Assembly: GCF_963921235.1 (NCBI RefSeq)
Contig: NC_086118.1
Location: 41,292,001-41,356,000, forward strand
Source of the DNA: Mobula hypostoma
Lineage: Eukaryota
Direction of reading: 5' to 3'
DNA length: 64,000 nt
The number at the start of each line of letters is the position of its first letter. Within the stretch, counting starts at the first letter, position 1. This document shows, in pieces, positions 61,451 to 64,000 of this stretch. The notes beneath the pieces are model-generated. The model ran no database searches and was not told the DNA's origin. It saw only the letters and a program-made list of their open reading frames with translations. The position numbers were made by a program, and so were the translations under genes.

Positions 61451-62979
61451 CTTCATCCAAGAGCAGCTCGGAGAATGGGTGAGGTAGGAGTGAGATTTAA
61501 GGATTCCTTAAAAGAACATCAGTGAGGATTGGATTTGAGTTGAAAAGAGAAAGATCTATTGGAAGCCAAAGGAACAAACTCAGCAGGTCTAGCAGCATCG
61601 ATGGAGACAAATGAATGGTCCATCAATGTTGCCTGACCTGCTGAGTTCCTCCGGGATTTTGTATTTGTTCCTACGGATTTCCAGCAACCACAGAATCTCT
61701 TGTGCTGTAAGTCAACTGTGTTATGATCAGTGAGAAACTTCAAAGTAGAACAGATTGGCTATTTCTAAAATGCAACACTGAAAGGATACTGCACCATTCT
61801 ATCAAGATATATGAGTTTTGAGGGAGTTGTGTTTTTTACGAAAAGGAAGTGGTTCAAAGGTAAGAATTATTACAACGTTTGTGGGAAATAAACTGAAGAC
61901 AATTCTCTTCCAGAAAGTTTCAGGCTTCATAACATTAACACTAACCAGACCAAAATCTTCACAAATCCCAAACTTATCATAGAAGGATGTGGCACTGGAA
62001 AATCCTTTGCACAGTTCCAAAGAAAATAATAGCGTAATACAGTAGAATTAAAACTTGACTTAACTCAGACTAGAGCACTTACAAAGTTCAAGGTAAATTT
62101 GTTATCAAAGTGAATATATGTCACCATGTACTACCTTGAGATTTAATCTAACCAAGATTTTCAAAATTCGTGGGGGCAGTTTTTAAATTATTTTCATAAT
62201 CTTTGACTTCTTGTTAAAGTACAGAAATTGGTTAATAGTATATTTTATTATCTGATAAGGTTTTTTTTTCTTTTTTTTCCCAGACAGCTTTGACTTTGGT
62301 AGTGGGTGTAGATCTTTTTCTAATAAAATTGCTTATACTCTAATACATGAAATAATCTAATCTATATGAATATAGAGTAAGGAGTTCACTAATGTGATGC
62401 AACATACTGTATCTGGTATTATTATATTTTTTCTTTTGTTTTATAATATGTATTCTCTTGGACTTTGTATTCTTCTATATAGAAATCAATAAAAATATCG
62501 GAAAAAAGAAAATAAAGATTCTTTTTCTTGCAGGTATTTAGAGGAAAATAAAGAAATTAAACAGAGGGCAAAATGGCGATGTTTGCAAACAGCTCATAAA
62601 ACTACTAGATACTTTAGTAGATATACTTCTTTGGAACTGAGATCACTGCAATCTACAGCCTGTCATTTTCCTTTTAAGTATTTTCTTTTGAACTGACTAA
62701 ACGATCCAGTGCTTTTCTGATATCCTGGAGGTTTTGGCAAACTAGATTCTCGAGAGTGCAGGTAAAACCAGGGCAGCCATTGCTTGGGGATGGATGCTGA
62801 GTTGAGGCCTAATGGCGAACGACAAGCACATGTTCAGCTCCAGTACTTCATGCTGATTAAAACATCGAGCAAGATTAAAATGATTGTGGACAAGAGCTGA
62901 AGATGAACAAGAGTTCGATGCCGTCTGCCTACATTTGACCAGTCTCCCTCCTCCCGCTGCTCCCAGCAGGCAGGAGGTA

Positions 62980-63700
62980 CAGGAGTCGTGGGTCCCACAC
63001 CACCAGGTTCGGGAACAGTTGTTGCCCTGGAGCCATCGGGCTCCCGAACTGGCTTCACTTACTCAGCGCTGAACAGGCTCTGCAGCTGTGGCCTCACTTT
63101 CGGGGCCTTAGCAGTTCATGTTCCGTGTATTTTTGTTTACTCTTTTTTTAAAAAAACTATTTGAGTGATTTGATCAAGGATTCAAGGCCGAGGGTGAAGG
63201 ACAAACTGGCTCACTATGTGAGATTTACTCGCTGCAGCGTTGACCTAACTGCAGTTGAGGCCTGCAACCATTGTCATTCTCCTCAGCCCTGAACTGGCTC
63301 CATGGGCTAGGGACAGCAGCCATTGGGCTCCTGGACTAGTTTCACCCACCTCAGAACTAAATACGCTCCTTGACTGTGGACTCACTTTTGGGGACTCTGT
63401 GGTTAATAATCTGCGCATTATTTATTATTGTCTGCACAATACAATTTGTTCTCTTTTTGCACATTGGGTGTTTGAGTGTCTTTGTTGTGTGGGGTCTTTT
63501 AATGGGTTCAGTTGTGTTTTTTTTTGTGGCCGCCTGCACAAAGATGAATCTCAAGGTTATATGCAGTATAAACACGTTGATAATAAATGTACTTTGAACC
63601 CTGAAATTTGAATTGTGAAAAACTATACATAGACAAAGACTGACAAACAACTAATATGCAAAAGAAGACAAATTGTGCAAATAATGAAAAAAAATATTAG
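62980..63700. mobile_element. Rex1/Babar-type 3' fragments, tail-to-tail
   Basis: GGCAGGAGGTACAGGAG...CACCACCAGGTTC and ATAAATGTACTTTGAAC tail motifs. Confidence 0.7.
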
Positions 63701-64000
63701 TGCGAGCATAAGTGGTAGAGTCCACAGGTTGTGATGGTTTCAGGTATTGCAAACACTGAGTTCCAACAATCAGATCCAGGTTATTGCTGTGGCTTGTCGG
63801 GGCAGACATAGGGCATGGCTTGCGTGGGCAGAGCTGCAAGTCCAACTGCGTAATAGAAAATACTGGGGACAGCACAAGTTGAGCCGACCGCACGGGCGTG
63901 GCAGCTCCGGGTGTATTTTGAGATGATGTTAATCATGTGCACAGGGGAAAGGAAAACATTGCACAGGAGACCTTACTCTCACTCCCTTCTTGTCCAATTC

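Noticed and set aside
61807-62030. Two-exon ORF ending in LIIEGCGTGKS (P-loop-like)
   Set aside because: Not a true GxxxxGK[ST] spacing, the intron would be only 54 nt, and a stop follows 7 codons later.

Overview
This is vertebrate genomic DNA, not prokaryotic. The repeat content (HE1/V-SINE-like tRNA SINEs, CR1, Rex1/Babar, Penelope-like elements, Deu-SINE relics) points to a cartilaginous fish, probably a ray; that assignment is inference. The only host gene I can support is the 3' end of an RNF213 (mysterin) family E3 ligase on the + strand. I traced 15 GT-AG exons from 599 to a stop codon at 47779-47781. All phases are compatible, and they encode about 691 aa from the RZ finger to the C-terminus. 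Introns and the 16 kb downstream are mostly transposable-element remnants: a near full-length CR1, a full-length decayed Passport-like Tc1, a hAT-Charlie derivative, a solo LTR with target-site duplication, and a multi-level nested Penelope/Rex1/CR1 stack. The main observations are: (1) a variant RZ finger, CKCGE instead of CPNGH, which lacks the His equivalent to human H4509 but keeps the catalytic Cys/His; (2) minimal Penelope-type hammerhead ribozyme cores on the sense strand of one intron, one inside a near-perfect 221-bp palindrome; (3) a decayed 5S rRNA-derived sequence between ~109-bp inverted arms; (4) Ser at the position aligning to the moyamoya residue R4810; (5) a 78-nt stop-free in-frame intron. 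All comparisons to human RNF213 and to repeat consensus sequences are from memory and hand alignment, and need a database check. Repeat boundaries are approximate unless a TSD or TIR is given.
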